NCBI GenBank assembly: GCA_965224245.1
Contig: OZ245046.1
Location: 5,504,001-5,568,000 of the forward strand
Source: Candidatus Eiseniibacteriota bacterium
Lineage (GTDB): Bacteria > Eisenbacteria > RBG-16-71-46 > CAZAMP01
DNA length: 64,000 nucleotides
Reading direction: 5' to 3'
This document shows positions 44,472-54,080 of this stretch, piece after piece. The notes under the pieces are model-generated. The model was not told where the DNA came from and did not search any database. It was given only the letters and a program-made list of their open reading frames with translations. The translations under genes were made by a program, and so were the position numbers. The first letter of the stretch is position 1. Every line of letters starts with the position of its first letter.

Positions 44472-44984
44472 ATGGGGATCAGTCAATCGCTGTTGCCGGA
44501 GTTCGACATCGAGATGGCCGGCGCCCGAAAGGCGCTGGAGCGCCTGCCCGAGGCCAGGTTCGACTGGAAGCCGCACGCGAAGTCGATGTCGATGCGGGAC
44601 CTCGCGACGCACGTGTCGAACCTCCCGAGCTGGGCACAGATGACGATCGCGCAGGATGCGTTCGACATGGCGCCGCCGGGCGCCGAGCCGTTTCGCGTCG
44701 AGCCGATCGACTCGACCGAGGCCGCGCTCGCCGCCTTCGACGCCAACGTGACCACCGCACGCGCCGCGATCGCCGGGGCGAGCGACGCCGACCTGATGGC
44801 TCCGTGGTCCCTGATGCGCGGCGGAGAGACGCTGTTCACGATGCCCAAGATCGCCGTCCTCCGATCGTTCGTGATGAACCACATGATCCATCATCGCGCA
44901 CAGCTCGGCATGTACCTGCGGCTGAACGACGTTCCGGTGCCGGCGTCGTACGGGCCCTCGGCCGACGAGGAGCCGTCGATGTGA
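44472..44984 (+). CDS. DinB/YfiT-family protein
   Basis: WKPHAKSMSMRDLATH...NHMIHHRAQLGMYLRLNDVPVP. Confidence 0.88.
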   Translation: MGISQSLLPEFDIEMAGARKALERLPEARFDWKPHAKSMSMRDLATHVSNLPSWAQMTIAQDAFDMAPPGAEPFRVEPIDSTEAALAAFDANVTTARAAIAGASDADLMAPWSLMRGGETLFTMPKIAVLRSFVMNHMIHHRAQLGMYLRLNDVPVPASYGPSADEEPSM

Positions 44985-45030
44985 GACACCCGCGCGGCCG
45001 GCGACGCGATCACGCCCCGGTCGGACCGTG

Positions 45031-45951
45031 ATGTCCGACGGGGCCGATCCCCTCGCGCCGATCCGGCGCTCGCTGACCGCGTGGATACGTGACGCGCTCG
45101 CCGATCCATCCGCCCGGGTCGGCGAGCCACTGACCGGAGCGACGTCGTCGCTCGTCTGCCACGTTCACGCTCGCGCCGGTCCGCTCGTGGTGCGCTGCTT
45201 CACCGACACCCGGTGGAGCGTCCGGGAGCCGGACCTGGCCGAGCACGAGGCGGTCGCCCTCGACGTGGCCGCCCGAGCCGGGCTTCCGGTGCCGAGGCCG
45301 ATCGGTCACGTGGCGGCCACGGAGTCACCGTTCGGCCTCGCAGCGGTCCTGATGACGCGTGTCGCTGGACGCCCGCTGCTGACTCCGGCGAGCCGAGCCG
45401 ACTGGCTCGAACGGCTGGCGGCACGGCTCGCCGAGATCCACCAGGCCGATCCGCGGGACCTCTGCTGGCGGTACGCGAGCTGGCGACCGCCCACGCTCGA
45501 GCGTCCCGACTGGCTCGACGACACCGGTCTCTGGCGATCGATCACGCGCGTGCTCGCCGCCGGTGAGCCCGCCACGCCGCGCGTGTTCATCCACCGGGAC
45601 TATCATCCCGTGAACGTGCTCTGGGCCGGCGGCGACGTCGTGTCCGTCATCGACTGGGTGAACGCCTGCGTGGGGCCTCCGGGCGTCGACGTCTCGCACT
45701 GCCGGGTGAACCTCGCGCTCCTCGACGACGCCGACTCCGCGGACGCGTTCCTCGACGCGTACCGCGGCGAGGCGCCCGACTACCGCCATCACGCGTACTT
45801 CGACGTGGACGCCGCGATGGCGTGGCTGCCGGACGTGCCGCACTACGCGCCGTGGAGCGTGTTCGGGCGCCGGCGGCTACCGCCCCGTGCGCGGCGCCGG
45901 CGCCTGATGGCGTTCGTACGTCGCACCTGCGACGCGGCGCATTCCGCTTGA
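45031..45951 (+). CDS. Aminoglycoside-phosphotransferase-like kinase
   Basis: FIHRDYHPVNVLW...VIDW...GPPGVD. Confidence 0.82.
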   Translation: MSDGADPLAPIRRSLTAWIRDALADPSARVGEPLTGATSSLVCHVHARAGPLVVRCFTDTRWSVREPDLAEHEAVALDVAARAGLPVPRPIGHVAATESPFGLAAVLMTRVAGRPLLTPASRADWLERLAARLAEIHQADPRDLCWRYASWRPPTLERPDWLDDTGLWRSITRVLAAGEPATPRVFIHRDYHPVNVLWAGGDVVSVIDWVNACVGPPGVDVSHCRVNLALLDDADSADAFLDAYRGEAPDYRHHAYFDVDAAMAWLPDVPHYAPWSVFGRRRLPPRARRRRLMAFVRRTCDAAHSA

Positions 45952-46029
45952 CGGCGGCGGCCGGGCTCCGGATCCTGGGCCGGCCGATCGACGTCCGCGC
46001 GGCATCGCCGCGCCGCTGGCGGAGGAAGT

Positions 46030-46812
46030 GTGACCACCGAGGTCCTAATCATCGACAGCTGGATCGACTTCCTGGACCTCGTGCATCGCTCGCGGTTCGC
46101 GAGCTGGGCGTACCGTGGCCAGCGCGATGCGGACTGGGAGGTCGTGAGCTCGCTGACCCGAACCCTCAGTCGGTTCGTCCCCGACCACACCGACTGGACG
46201 GGTCAGGAACAGCGCGCGATCCGCATCTTCCAGCGGAAGGCCCACACCTTCATCGACGAGCCGTCGGCCCTCGACGATCCGCTGCGATGCCTGGCTCTGA
46301 TGCAGCACCACGGCGCACCCACCCGGCTCATCGACTTCACGAAGTCACCCTACGTCGCGGCTTTCTACGCGCTCGAGCGCGCGGAAGAGGACGCCGCGAT
46401 CTGGGCCGTGAACACCCCGTCGCTCGTCCGCTCTCGCGTCGTCCCGCGCGCATACCCCACGCTGGATGCGACCGCCATCGATCCTCGCGTGCCCGAGAAC
46501 GTGATCGAGTACTTCTTCTCGAACGGCTATCCCGTTGTGTGGGCCGGTGAGCCCCACCGGATGGACCGTCGACTGGTCGCCCAGGCCGGAACGTTCATCG
46601 TGCCCGGTGTCGTCGATCGTCCCGTCGAGGCGCTCCTCGCCGACTACGAGTCGGACGAGCCGCTCCTGGTCAAGATCGTGCTACGCAGGGCCATGCGCCG
46701 CGACGCGATGTTCGGCCTCTACCGGATGAACATCACCAACGCGACGCTGTTTCCGGATCTGGACGGGCTCGCGCGCTCCATGGCCTACGAGCTCGAGGTG
46801 AGCTGGAAATGA
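46030..46812 (+). CDS. FRG domain protein
   Basis: WAYRGQ, LMQHHGAPTRLIDFT, RLVAQAGTF, LFPDLDG. Confidence 0.88.
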   Translation: MTTEVLIIDSWIDFLDLVHRSRFASWAYRGQRDADWEVVSSLTRTLSRFVPDHTDWTGQEQRAIRIFQRKAHTFIDEPSALDDPLRCLALMQHHGAPTRLIDFTKSPYVAAFYALERAEEDAAIWAVNTPSLVRSRVVPRAYPTLDATAIDPRVPENVIEYFFSNGYPVVWAGEPHRMDRRLVAQAGTFIVPGVVDRPVEALLADYESDEPLLVKIVLRRAMRRDAMFGLYRMNITNATLFPDLDGLARSMAYELEVSWK

Positions 46813-47150
46813 CGATCGAGGCCGATCGCTGGCGTTTCTTCCGGCGCGTGCGCCGTCACGAGATCGACGAGGTGCGGCGAATGCTGGCCTCCGACCCGTC
46901 GCTCGTCCACGCGCGCGATCCCGACTGCTTCGACTACGACCTGCTGGCCCACGGCGCGTGGCTGGGGTCGGTCGAGTCGGTCCGCGCGCTGATCGCCGGA
47001 GGAGAACGACTCGACGTGCATCTTCTGCGAGACGCGCGTCGGGCACTGGAGGGCGGCTTCCGCGACCACGCGCGCGTCGGCGACGCACGGTATCAGGCGA
47101 TCGACACCGTGCTGCGCGAGGCCGGTGCACCGGAGGAGCCCCATGAGTGA
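46809..47150 (+). CDS. Small ankyrin-like protein
   Basis: VRRMLASDPSLVHARD...LLAHGAWLGSVESVRALIAGG; overlaps both neighbours. Confidence 0.6.
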   Translation: MTIEADRWRFFRRVRRHEIDEVRRMLASDPSLVHARDPDCFDYDLLAHGAWLGSVESVRALIAGGERLDVHLLRDARRALEGGFRDHARVGDARYQAIDTVLREAGAPEEPHE

Positions 47151-47775
47151 CGACCTCCGCGCGCAGCTCGGCGCCACCGACATCTATCTGATCGACCAGA
47201 TCCTGCGCGGCCGGTTCGACTCGTGCCGATCGGTCCTCGACGTCGGATGTGGACACGGACGCAATCTCGTCTACTTCATCCGGCACGGCGTCGACCTGTA
47301 CGGGATCGACAGCGATCCCGAGGCCATCGCGGTCTGCCGAGATCTGATCGTCCGGAACGACCCCCGTTCGCCGGCGCACGAGCACGATCGCCCGTCACGA
47401 CGGTTTCGCGTGGCCGAGGTCACGGACATCCCCTTCGACGACGGGTCGTTCGACGCGGTGATCTGCAACGCGGTCCTCCACTTCCTCGACGATCGCACGT
47501 TCGATGCCGGCGTCGACGAGCTGTGGCGGGTGCTCGCGTCCGGAGGGCTCCTGTTCGTTCGCCTCGCGTCGCGGATCGGTCTGGAGGATCGCATCGAGCC
47601 GCTCGGCGCCGGTCGCTATCGCCTGCCCGACGGCACCGATCGCTACCTCGTGACGGAGCCGCAGCTCCTCGCGCTGACCGATCGGCTGGGCGGGCGGCTC
47701 GCCGATCCCATCAAGACCACCAACGTCCAGGGCCTCCGGTGCATGACGACGTGGTGCGTCTTCAAGCCCGCCTAG
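47143..47775 (+). CDS. Class I SAM-dependent methyltransferase
   Basis: VLDVGCGHGRN, FDAVICNAVLHF; GGAGG RBS. Confidence 0.87.
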   Translation: MSDDLRAQLGATDIYLIDQILRGRFDSCRSVLDVGCGHGRNLVYFIRHGVDLYGIDSDPEAIAVCRDLIVRNDPRSPAHEHDRPSRRFRVAEVTDIPFDDGSFDAVICNAVLHFLDDRTFDAGVDELWRVLASGGLLFVRLASRIGLEDRIEPLGAGRYRLPDGTDRYLVTEPQLLALTDRLGGRLADPIKTTNVQGLRCMTTWCVFKPA

Positions 47776-47871
47776 TCGCACGGTGCCGGCGCTGCACGGG
47801 TCTCGTGCCGCGCTTTCCCTTGTCGCGTCCCGCCGATCGTGGGATCGTTCGATCCATGAAGGCACTGTGCG

Positions 47872-48255
47872 ATGGCGCGTGACGACGGACTCGTCTACTC
47901 GACCGAGACGGGCCGACATTGCCCCGACTGCGGTCGTCCGATGGATGCCTGTGCCTGCCGGCGCGGGTCGTCTCGTCGCGGGCGTGGCGCCGGGTCCCGA
48001 CCCGGGAGTCCACGCGACGGCGTCGTCCGCGTCGGGCGTGAGACCAAGGGCCGAAAGGGCAAGGGCGTGACGATCGTCACCGGGGTTCCACTGGGGGGCG
48101 ACGAGCTCGCCACGCTCGCCAAGGACCTGAAGCGGCTGTGCGGCTCGGGCGGAACGGTGCGCGACGACGTGATCGAGATCCAGGGCGATCATCGCGACCG
48201 CATCGTCCCCGCGCTGGAGGCGCGCGGCTGGACGGTGAAGCGGTCCGGCGGGTAG
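47872..48255 (+). CDS. yciH: Translation initiation factor SUI1/YciH
   Basis: LVYST, CPDC..CAC, RETKGRKGKGVT, CGSGGTV, IEIQGDHRD. Confidence 0.9.
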   Translation: MARDDGLVYSTETGRHCPDCGRPMDACACRRGSSRRGRGAGSRPGSPRDGVVRVGRETKGRKGKGVTIVTGVPLGGDELATLAKDLKRLCGSGGTVRDDVIEIQGDHRDRIVPALEARGWTVKRSGG

Positions 48256-48294
48256 CCGGCCACGCCCGCCTCCGTCCGACGAAGGGACCGCCGC

Positions 48295-49029
48295 ATGAGC
48301 CTCGCTCTGGATCTCGCCCGTCTGGGAAAACGCGCCTACGCATCGCTCCGAGTGGATCGGCTGGTGCTTCCGCTCAATCCGGTGATCATGCGGGTCGCGC
48401 TGCAGGCCGAGCTCGTGCGGTGGATCCGCGAGCACCGTGACCTCGAGTTTCACGACCGCGACTCACCGGGTCACGCCTACGAGAAGCGCTATGGGCTCTA
48501 CGAGCATCTGCTGCGCCATCACGACCTCGACGGGCCCATCGATTACTTGGAGTTCGGCGTGGGGAAGGGCCACTCGTTCCGATGGTGGCGCGAGCACAAC
48601 CGACACCGCGACTCGCGCCTCTTCGGCTTCGACACCTTCACGGGCCTTCCGGAGAGCTTCGGCTCGATGGCATCGGGGACGTTCGACACCGGCGGCAGGC
48701 CACCGGACGTGAACGACGAGCGCTGCACGTTCGTCGCCGGTCTCTTTCAGGACACGCTGCCGGGGTTTCTCGACGGGTACGAACGCGCGCCTCGACTCGT
48801 CGTGCACCTGGACGCCGACCTCTACAGCTCGACGCTCTACGCCCTGACGCGCCTGGCCCCGCGACTGCGCGAGGGTGACATCCTCGTGTTCGACGAGTTC
48901 GGCGTGCCGACCCACGAGTATCGGGCGTTCCGGGACTTCGCGGCCGCCTACCGCGTGCGCGTCGAGGTGCTGGGGGCGGTCAACAACCACCTGCAGGTCG
49001 CGATGCGGGTCGTCGACCTGTCGAACTGA
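48295..49029 (+). CDS. TylF/MycF-family O-methyltransferase
   Basis: YLEFGV, FGFDTFTGLPE, GLFQDTL, VHLDADLYSST, VFDEF. Confidence 0.85.
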   Translation: MSLALDLARLGKRAYASLRVDRLVLPLNPVIMRVALQAELVRWIREHRDLEFHDRDSPGHAYEKRYGLYEHLLRHHDLDGPIDYLEFGVGKGHSFRWWREHNRHRDSRLFGFDTFTGLPESFGSMASGTFDTGGRPPDVNDERCTFVAGLFQDTLPGFLDGYERAPRLVVHLDADLYSSTLYALTRLAPRLREGDILVFDEFGVPTHEYRAFRDFAAAYRVRVEVLGAVNNHLQVAMRVVDLSN

Positions 49030-49163
49030 TCTCCGGGAGACCCGAACGAGAAACCGGGCTACCCGGTGCGCTCACGCGCTCCGAGCAGCCCGGCGTCGCG
49101 TCCGACGGGCGTCTCACCCGTCAGCGACCGCGCCCCGCTCGCGCGGCCGCCCTCGAGGACGCA

Positions 49164-51593
49164 CTACCTCACGAACATGATCTTCCGCGTCTGCGACTCC
49201 GCACCCGTCTTCAGGCGCACGAAGTACGCGCCGGACCTCGCCAGCGACCCGGCATCGGTCCGACCGTCCCACACGACCTGATGGTGCCCGGCCGCCCGGA
49301 CGCCCTCGACCAGCGTCGCCACCCGACGACCCTGCACGTCGTAGACCGCCAGCTCCACGCGCCCCTGGTCGGCGAGCGTGAACGCCATCGTCGCGTGCGG
49401 TCGAGCCGGGTTCGGCGTCACCGGCGCGAGCTGCGTCTGCGCGCTCGGGGTGGAGGCGGCACCGGCGTCGAGCACGCCGCACTCGGCGCAGATGTTGTCG
49501 ACCCAGAACTCCTGGCCACCGACGAGGAACGACTGGATCGGTCCCTCGAGCGTGACCTCTCCACGGATCCCACCGGGCACCGCCACCGTGGTGATCGAGA
49601 ACGTCACCCCCGGGGCCGGATTCGGCGGAACCACCACGTCGATGTCGCCGACGTACAGCGTACCGCCGTTGACCCGGAAGTTCTCGATGCCGCCGAGGTC
49701 GATGAACTCGAACGTGACCTTCTCGACGTCGCACGGGATCGCGCCCATGCCGTATCGCGCCGAGATGTTGTTCAGGGCCATCACGTGCGCATCTCCGAAC
49801 CCGCTGAACGCGAGGTCGATCGTGGCCTGGTTGAAGGCGACGCCGCTGCCGGTGTCGAAACGCTCACCGAACACCCGGATGCCGTTCTCGGCGAACCAGA
49901 GATCGCCCGGCACGTGACCCGAGCACGGCCCGTAGCACTGACCCAGCAGCTGGGACTCGTGGTGCACGAGGAACTCGCAGTCGGCCGGAGGCTCGCCGCA
50001 CTCGGCGCAGATGTTGTCGACCCAGAACTCCTGTCCGCCGATGCGAACCTTGTCGATGAGGCCGGTCAGCGTGATGAGCCCGTCGTTCGGAGTGCCGCTC
50101 ACCGAGTAGGTGACGCCGGCGGCCGGGTTCGGCGGGACATCCACGAAGAGGTCGCCGATGAAGAGCGGACCCCCGTTCACCTGGAAGTTCGCGTCGCCGC
50201 CCATGTCACGGAACTCGATCGTGACCTCCGTGACCGGGCAGCCCAGCGGTGACAGGTCGTAGATCGTGGTGATGTTGTTCAGCATCATGATGTGGCTGTC
50301 ACCGAACCCACCGAACGACGCCTGTACGTCGGCGCAGTTGTACCCGGTGGCCCCGCTGACGTAGACGATCTCGTCCGTGTACACGTCGATCCCACCCTCG
50401 GTGAACGCGTAGTCGCCCGGGCTCTGGCCCACACACGCGCCGAATGCGGTGCCGATGGGCAGAGATTCGTGATCCACGAGGTTCTCGCACGGCTCGGGCG
50501 GCGTGCCGCACGTCGCGCAGATGTTGTCGACCCAGAACTCCTGCCCGCCGATGCGGACCTCGTGGATGACGCCGGTCAACGTGATCAGCGCGTCGTCGGG
50601 AGTGCCGCTGATCGCATATGTCACGCCCGGCGCCGGATTGGCCGGGACGTCGACGAACAGGTCACCGCGGTAGAGCGTCGCGCCATTGACCTGGAAGTTC
50701 TCGATGCCGCCCTCGTCGCGGAACTCGATGGTGACCTCGGTCACGGTGCACGCGAGGGGCGACATGTCGTAGATGGCGGTCAGGTTGGCCAGCATCATGA
50801 TGTGGCTGTCACCGAAGCCCGCGAACGAGGACTGCACCTCGGCACAGTCGAAGCCGGTGGTCGTGGGCGTGTACTCGATGACGTCGACGTAGACGTCCAT
50901 GCCGCCCTCGTTGAACGCGAAGTCACCGGGGGCCTGACCGGCGCAGTTGCCGAACTTCACGCCCAGCGGCAGCGACTCGTGGCTCACGAGATTGGGACAC
51001 GGCTCCACGCTGCCGCAGTCGGTCGAGAAGTTGTCCCACCAGAACTCCTGGCCCCCGAGGCGGACGCGCTGGACCGGACCGTCGAGCCGGACCACGCCCT
51101 TCACACCACCGGGGATCACGGACTCGGTCACGGTGGCGAACACGCCGGGCGCCACCTCCACGCCGTCGAGCGCGCTCAGGAACGGAACCTCCCAGTAGGT
51201 GGCCGACCCGTTGACCCACAGGTTCTCCGAGCCGCCGATGTCGGCGTACTCGAACTCCACGCAGTCCGACCCGCCGATCGCCGACAGATCGAACTGGGTG
51301 CAGACGTTGTTCAGGTTCATCAGGTTCGAGGTGCCGAAGCCGCTGATAGGAGCGGTGATGAGCGCCTCGTTGAAGTAGCTCGATCCACCGAGGCGGTACT
51401 CCCAGACCGTCAGCGCGATGCTGTCCTCGGTGTACATCGGATCGCCGGGCGACTCGGTGCCCGAGCCCCAGCGTCGCCCGATCGGCTGGGTGTCGTTCGT
51501 GACCGTGTTGGCCACCGACTCGCTCGCGACGGCCAGCGATCCGACGAGGATCGCGGCGCTCGCGAGCCGATTGAAGTGGGTGAATGAGAACAT
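49164..51593 (-). CDS. Secreted protein with four tandem ~170-aa beta domains and FlgD-Ig/T9SS-like tail
   Basis: GGAGG RBS, signal peptide, four units each ending GGQEFW(W/V)DN; TPNP...YDVQGRRV...WDGRTDAG...GAYFVRL. Confidence 0.88.
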   Translation of the reverse strand: MFSFTHFNRLASAAILVGSLAVASESVANTVTNDTQPIGRRWGSGTESPGDPMYTEDSIALTVWEYRLGGSSYFNEALITAPISGFGTSNLMNLNNVCTQFDLSAIGGSDCVEFEYADIGGSENLWVNGSATYWEVPFLSALDGVEVAPGVFATVTESVIPGGVKGVVRLDGPVQRVRLGGQEFWWDNFSTDCGSVEPCPNLVSHESLPLGVKFGNCAGQAPGDFAFNEGGMDVYVDVIEYTPTTTGFDCAEVQSSFAGFGDSHIMMLANLTAIYDMSPLACTVTEVTIEFRDEGGIENFQVNGATLYRGDLFVDVPANPAPGVTYAISGTPDDALITLTGVIHEVRIGGQEFWVDNICATCGTPPEPCENLVDHESLPIGTAFGACVGQSPGDYAFTEGGIDVYTDEIVYVSGATGYNCADVQASFGGFGDSHIMMLNNITTIYDLSPLGCPVTEVTIEFRDMGGDANFQVNGGPLFIGDLFVDVPPNPAAGVTYSVSGTPNDGLITLTGLIDKVRIGGQEFWVDNICAECGEPPADCEFLVHHESQLLGQCYGPCSGHVPGDLWFAENGIRVFGERFDTGSGVAFNQATIDLAFSGFGDAHVMALNNISARYGMGAIPCDVEKVTFEFIDLGGIENFRVNGGTLYVGDIDVVVPPNPAPGVTFSITTVAVPGGIRGEVTLEGPIQSFLVGGQEFWVDNICAECGVLDAGAASTPSAQTQLAPVTPNPARPHATMAFTLADQGRVELAVYDVQGRRVATLVEGVRAAGHHQVVWDGRTDAGSLARSGAYFVRLKTGAESQTRKIMFVR
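49480..51500 (-). repeat. Intragenic tandem domain repeats of about 510-520 bp
   Basis: GCGCAGATGTTGTCGACCCAGAACTCCTG recurs three times; units 2 and 3 share long DNA stretches (CATCATGATGTGGCTGTCACCGAA); boundaries approximate. Confidence 0.8.
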
Positions 51594-51800
51594 CGTGACG
51601 TTGCCTCCCGTTGCGAACCGGCGTCCCGGGTGACCCACCCGAGCCGCCGTGGTCGATTTGCGGACCGACTCTTCTCCTGTAGAGCCCGGACGACCGCGGG
51701 GCGCGAACCGAACGGCCCGCCGTCGACTTTCTTTCAACGCATTGCCACAAAACGTGTTATGACATCCGTCAGGATGCGGATCAGATCGCGGAGAGGACTG

Positions 51801-52496
51801 ATGACCACGACGATCGGGCGGCTGAACGAAGGGCATCTCCACGCCGCGCTCAAGACGTATCTGGCCGAGCCCGGCGACGAGCTCGAGGCGCCCGTCGGCA
51901 CCTTTCACGTCGACATTCGTCGCGGCCCGCTCCTGATCGAGATCCAGACCGGGAGCTTCTCGGCGATCGCCCGGAAGCTCCGGATCCTGGTCCAGTCCCA
52001 CCGGGTGCGACTGGTGCATCCGGTCGCCGCGCGTCGCTGGCTCGTGAAGGGGCCGGGGCCCGCGAGCCCCCACCAGACGCGGAGACGCTCTCCCAAGTCG
52101 GCCGGTCCCGAGGAGGTGTTCCGCGAGCTCGTGCGCATTCCGGATTTACTGGCCGAGGAGAACTTCGAGCTGGAGATCCTGGCCACGCACGAGGAGCAGG
52201 TCCGTCGATACGACGGGCGCCGCGGACGCCGCCGCGGTGGATGGGTGATCGAGGAGCGGCGCCTCCTCGACGTCGTCGGGCGCGCTCGACTCCGCGGGCC
52301 CCACGATCTCCTGGGGCTCCTGCCCGACGCCCTTCCCGACGAGTTCGACACCGCCGAGCTCGCGCGGCTGATGGGACGTCCGCGGGGTCTGGCGCAGAAG
52401 GCGTGTTACTGCTTACGCGCGTGCGGTGTCGCGCGCGTCACGGGCAAGCGGGGAAACGCGAAGTGCTACACCTTGACCGAGCGGGGAGACCCATGA
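51801..52496 (+). CDS. Hypothetical protein, PD-(D/E)xK nuclease-like fold with C-terminal wHTH
   Basis: E...LHAALK...HVDI...LIEIQT; C-terminal FDTAELARLMG...GKRGNAKCY. Confidence 0.65.
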   Translation: MTTTIGRLNEGHLHAALKTYLAEPGDELEAPVGTFHVDIRRGPLLIEIQTGSFSAIARKLRILVQSHRVRLVHPVAARRWLVKGPGPASPHQTRRRSPKSAGPEEVFRELVRIPDLLAEENFELEILATHEEQVRRYDGRRGRRRGGWVIEERRLLDVVGRARLRGPHDLLGLLPDALPDEFDTAELARLMGRPRGLAQKACYCLRACGVARVTGKRGNAKCYTLTERGDP

Positions 52497-52554
52497 CCAC
52501 CGTGCGCTCCACTGAGCGCGGCCGATCGCGACGATACGACCGGTCGGGAGCGCG

Positions 52555-52923
52555 TCACGATCGCGGTCGAACGCGATCGGGCGTCGGCATCTCGTCCAGG
52601 CGGACGGCGGCGATCGTGGTCCGCCCGTCGAGGACCGCTCGCACGATCCGGTGCATCCCGTCCACCACGTCGCCCGTCGGCCCGAGTATGATCGGGTGGA
52701 CGAGGTCCGCGTCGAGCGTCCGGCGACAGTGGTCGGCGAACGCACCCCAGGTCGGCGGATCGCCCAGGATGTAGCAGCCGTCGTTTCGCCACGGGATCGA
52801 GTCGATCGAGACGTCGTGCGCCGCGAGGCCGGTGGCGGCGTCCCACAGCGTCTCGATTCGCCAGAAGAGCTCGCGATCGCCGTCGTAGTCGATGTAGCCG
52901 TGACCGGCGGGCGGAGCGACCAT
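52555..52923 (-). CDS. Small ParB/sulfiredoxin-like domain protein
   Basis: ADLVHPIIL...VVDGMHRIVRA; GAGGAGG RBS. Confidence 0.7.
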   Translation of the reverse strand: MVAPPAGHGYIDYDGDRELFWRIETLWDAATGLAAHDVSIDSIPWRNDGCYILGDPPTWGAFADHCRRTLDADLVHPIILGPTGDVVDGMHRIVRAVLDGRTTIAAVRLDEMPTPDRVRPRS

Positions 52924-53070
52924 CGAACCTCCTCTCGACCTGGTTGTGCGCCCTACCGGCGCCGCGAAAGCCGCGGTGGCGCCCGACGCCGCGGGCGTGC
53001 TGACGCCGCGGGCGCGAACGCCCGTGCTGCGCTACACTCGGCGTCGACTCTCACATCGGGACGGACTGCG

Positions 53071-53529
53071 ATGCAAGTGTGGGTGGACGCCGATGCGTGT
53101 CCGAGGCCGATCAAGGACATCCTCCACCGGGCGGCCGACCGCGAGCGGATCCACGTGACCTTCGTGGCCAACCGGTCGCTTCACGTGCCACGCTCGACCT
53201 ATCTCCACACGTGCGTCGTCCCCGGCGGCTTCGACGTTGCCGATGCCGAGATCGTGAAGCGGCTGGAGGCCGGCGATCTGGTGGTGACGGCCGACATTCC
53301 GCTGGCGTCGCAGGCGGTGGAGCGTGGTGCGCACGTGATCGACCCCCGGGGCGAGCACTACACCGAGGAGAACATCGGTGAGCGCCTGTCCGTGCGCGAC
53401 TTCATGGACGAGCTCCGCGCGAGCGGCGTCACCACAGGCGGTCCGGCCGCGTTCGGGGCGGCGGATCGTCAGGCGTTCGCGAATCAGCTCGACCGGATGA
53501 TCCGAAAGCACCACCGACCGGAGGAGTGA
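53071..53529 (+). CDS. YaiI/YqxD family protein (UPF0178)
   Basis: MQVWVDADACP, GFDVADAEI, LVVTADIPLA, FANQLDR. Confidence 0.9.
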   Translation: MQVWVDADACPRPIKDILHRAADRERIHVTFVANRSLHVPRSTYLHTCVVPGGFDVADAEIVKRLEAGDLVVTADIPLASQAVERGAHVIDPRGEHYTEENIGERLSVRDFMDELRASGVTTGGPAAFGAADRQAFANQLDRMIRKHHRPEE

Positions 53530-53750
53530 GCATGGGCCTGGCCGATGAGGAGTTCAGCTACCGGGCGACGAAGGACGGCCGGGTCCTGATCTCCCGGCAT
53601 GGGCGCCGGGTCGTCGTGCTCGCCGGGGCGAAGGCCACGCGGTTCCTGGCCAGCGCCGAGAGCCTGGACGGCGAGGCGCTCCAGCTTCTCCTGGCCCGCG
53701 TCACCGGCAACTTCAAGCGCGGCAACGAGCGACCATCGAAGCAGCGGTAG
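53526..53750 (+). CDS. Small hypothetical protein
   Basis: GTGA overlap with the upstream gene; FSYRATKDGRV...LARVTGNFKRGNER. Confidence 0.65.
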   Translation: MSMGLADEEFSYRATKDGRVLISRHGRRVVVLAGAKATRFLASAESLDGEALQLLLARVTGNFKRGNERPSKQR

Positions 53751-53785
53751 GGATGGTCCGACCAATCGACAGGAGTGTGGCGTCA

Positions 53786-54052
53786 ATGACGAACCGTGAC
53801 GATACGATGCGAATCCGGCTCTCGGGCGATCGACGCGAGCGCACGCTGCGATCGGTCGGCGCGTTCCTGGACGAGGAGCTCGACATCCAGATGAGTGCGT
53901 TCAACCTCGAGCGCCTCCTCGACTTCTTCGTGCGAGAGCTCGGACCTCCGGTCTACAACCAGGCGATCAAGGACGCCCACGCGTTCATGCTCCAGAAACT
54001 CGAGGATCTGGAGGGTGACTTCTACGAGCCCGAGACGCACTACGGCCGCTGA
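53786..54052 (+). CDS. DUF2164-family protein
   Basis: LLDFFVRELGPPVYNQAIKDA; AGGAG RBS. Confidence 0.8.
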   Translation: MTNRDDTMRIRLSGDRRERTLRSVGAFLDEELDIQMSAFNLERLLDFFVRELGPPVYNQAIKDAHAFMLQKLEDLEGDFYEPETHYGR

Positions 54053-54080
54053 GTCGATCCCCGAGCCCCGAGGACGTCGC

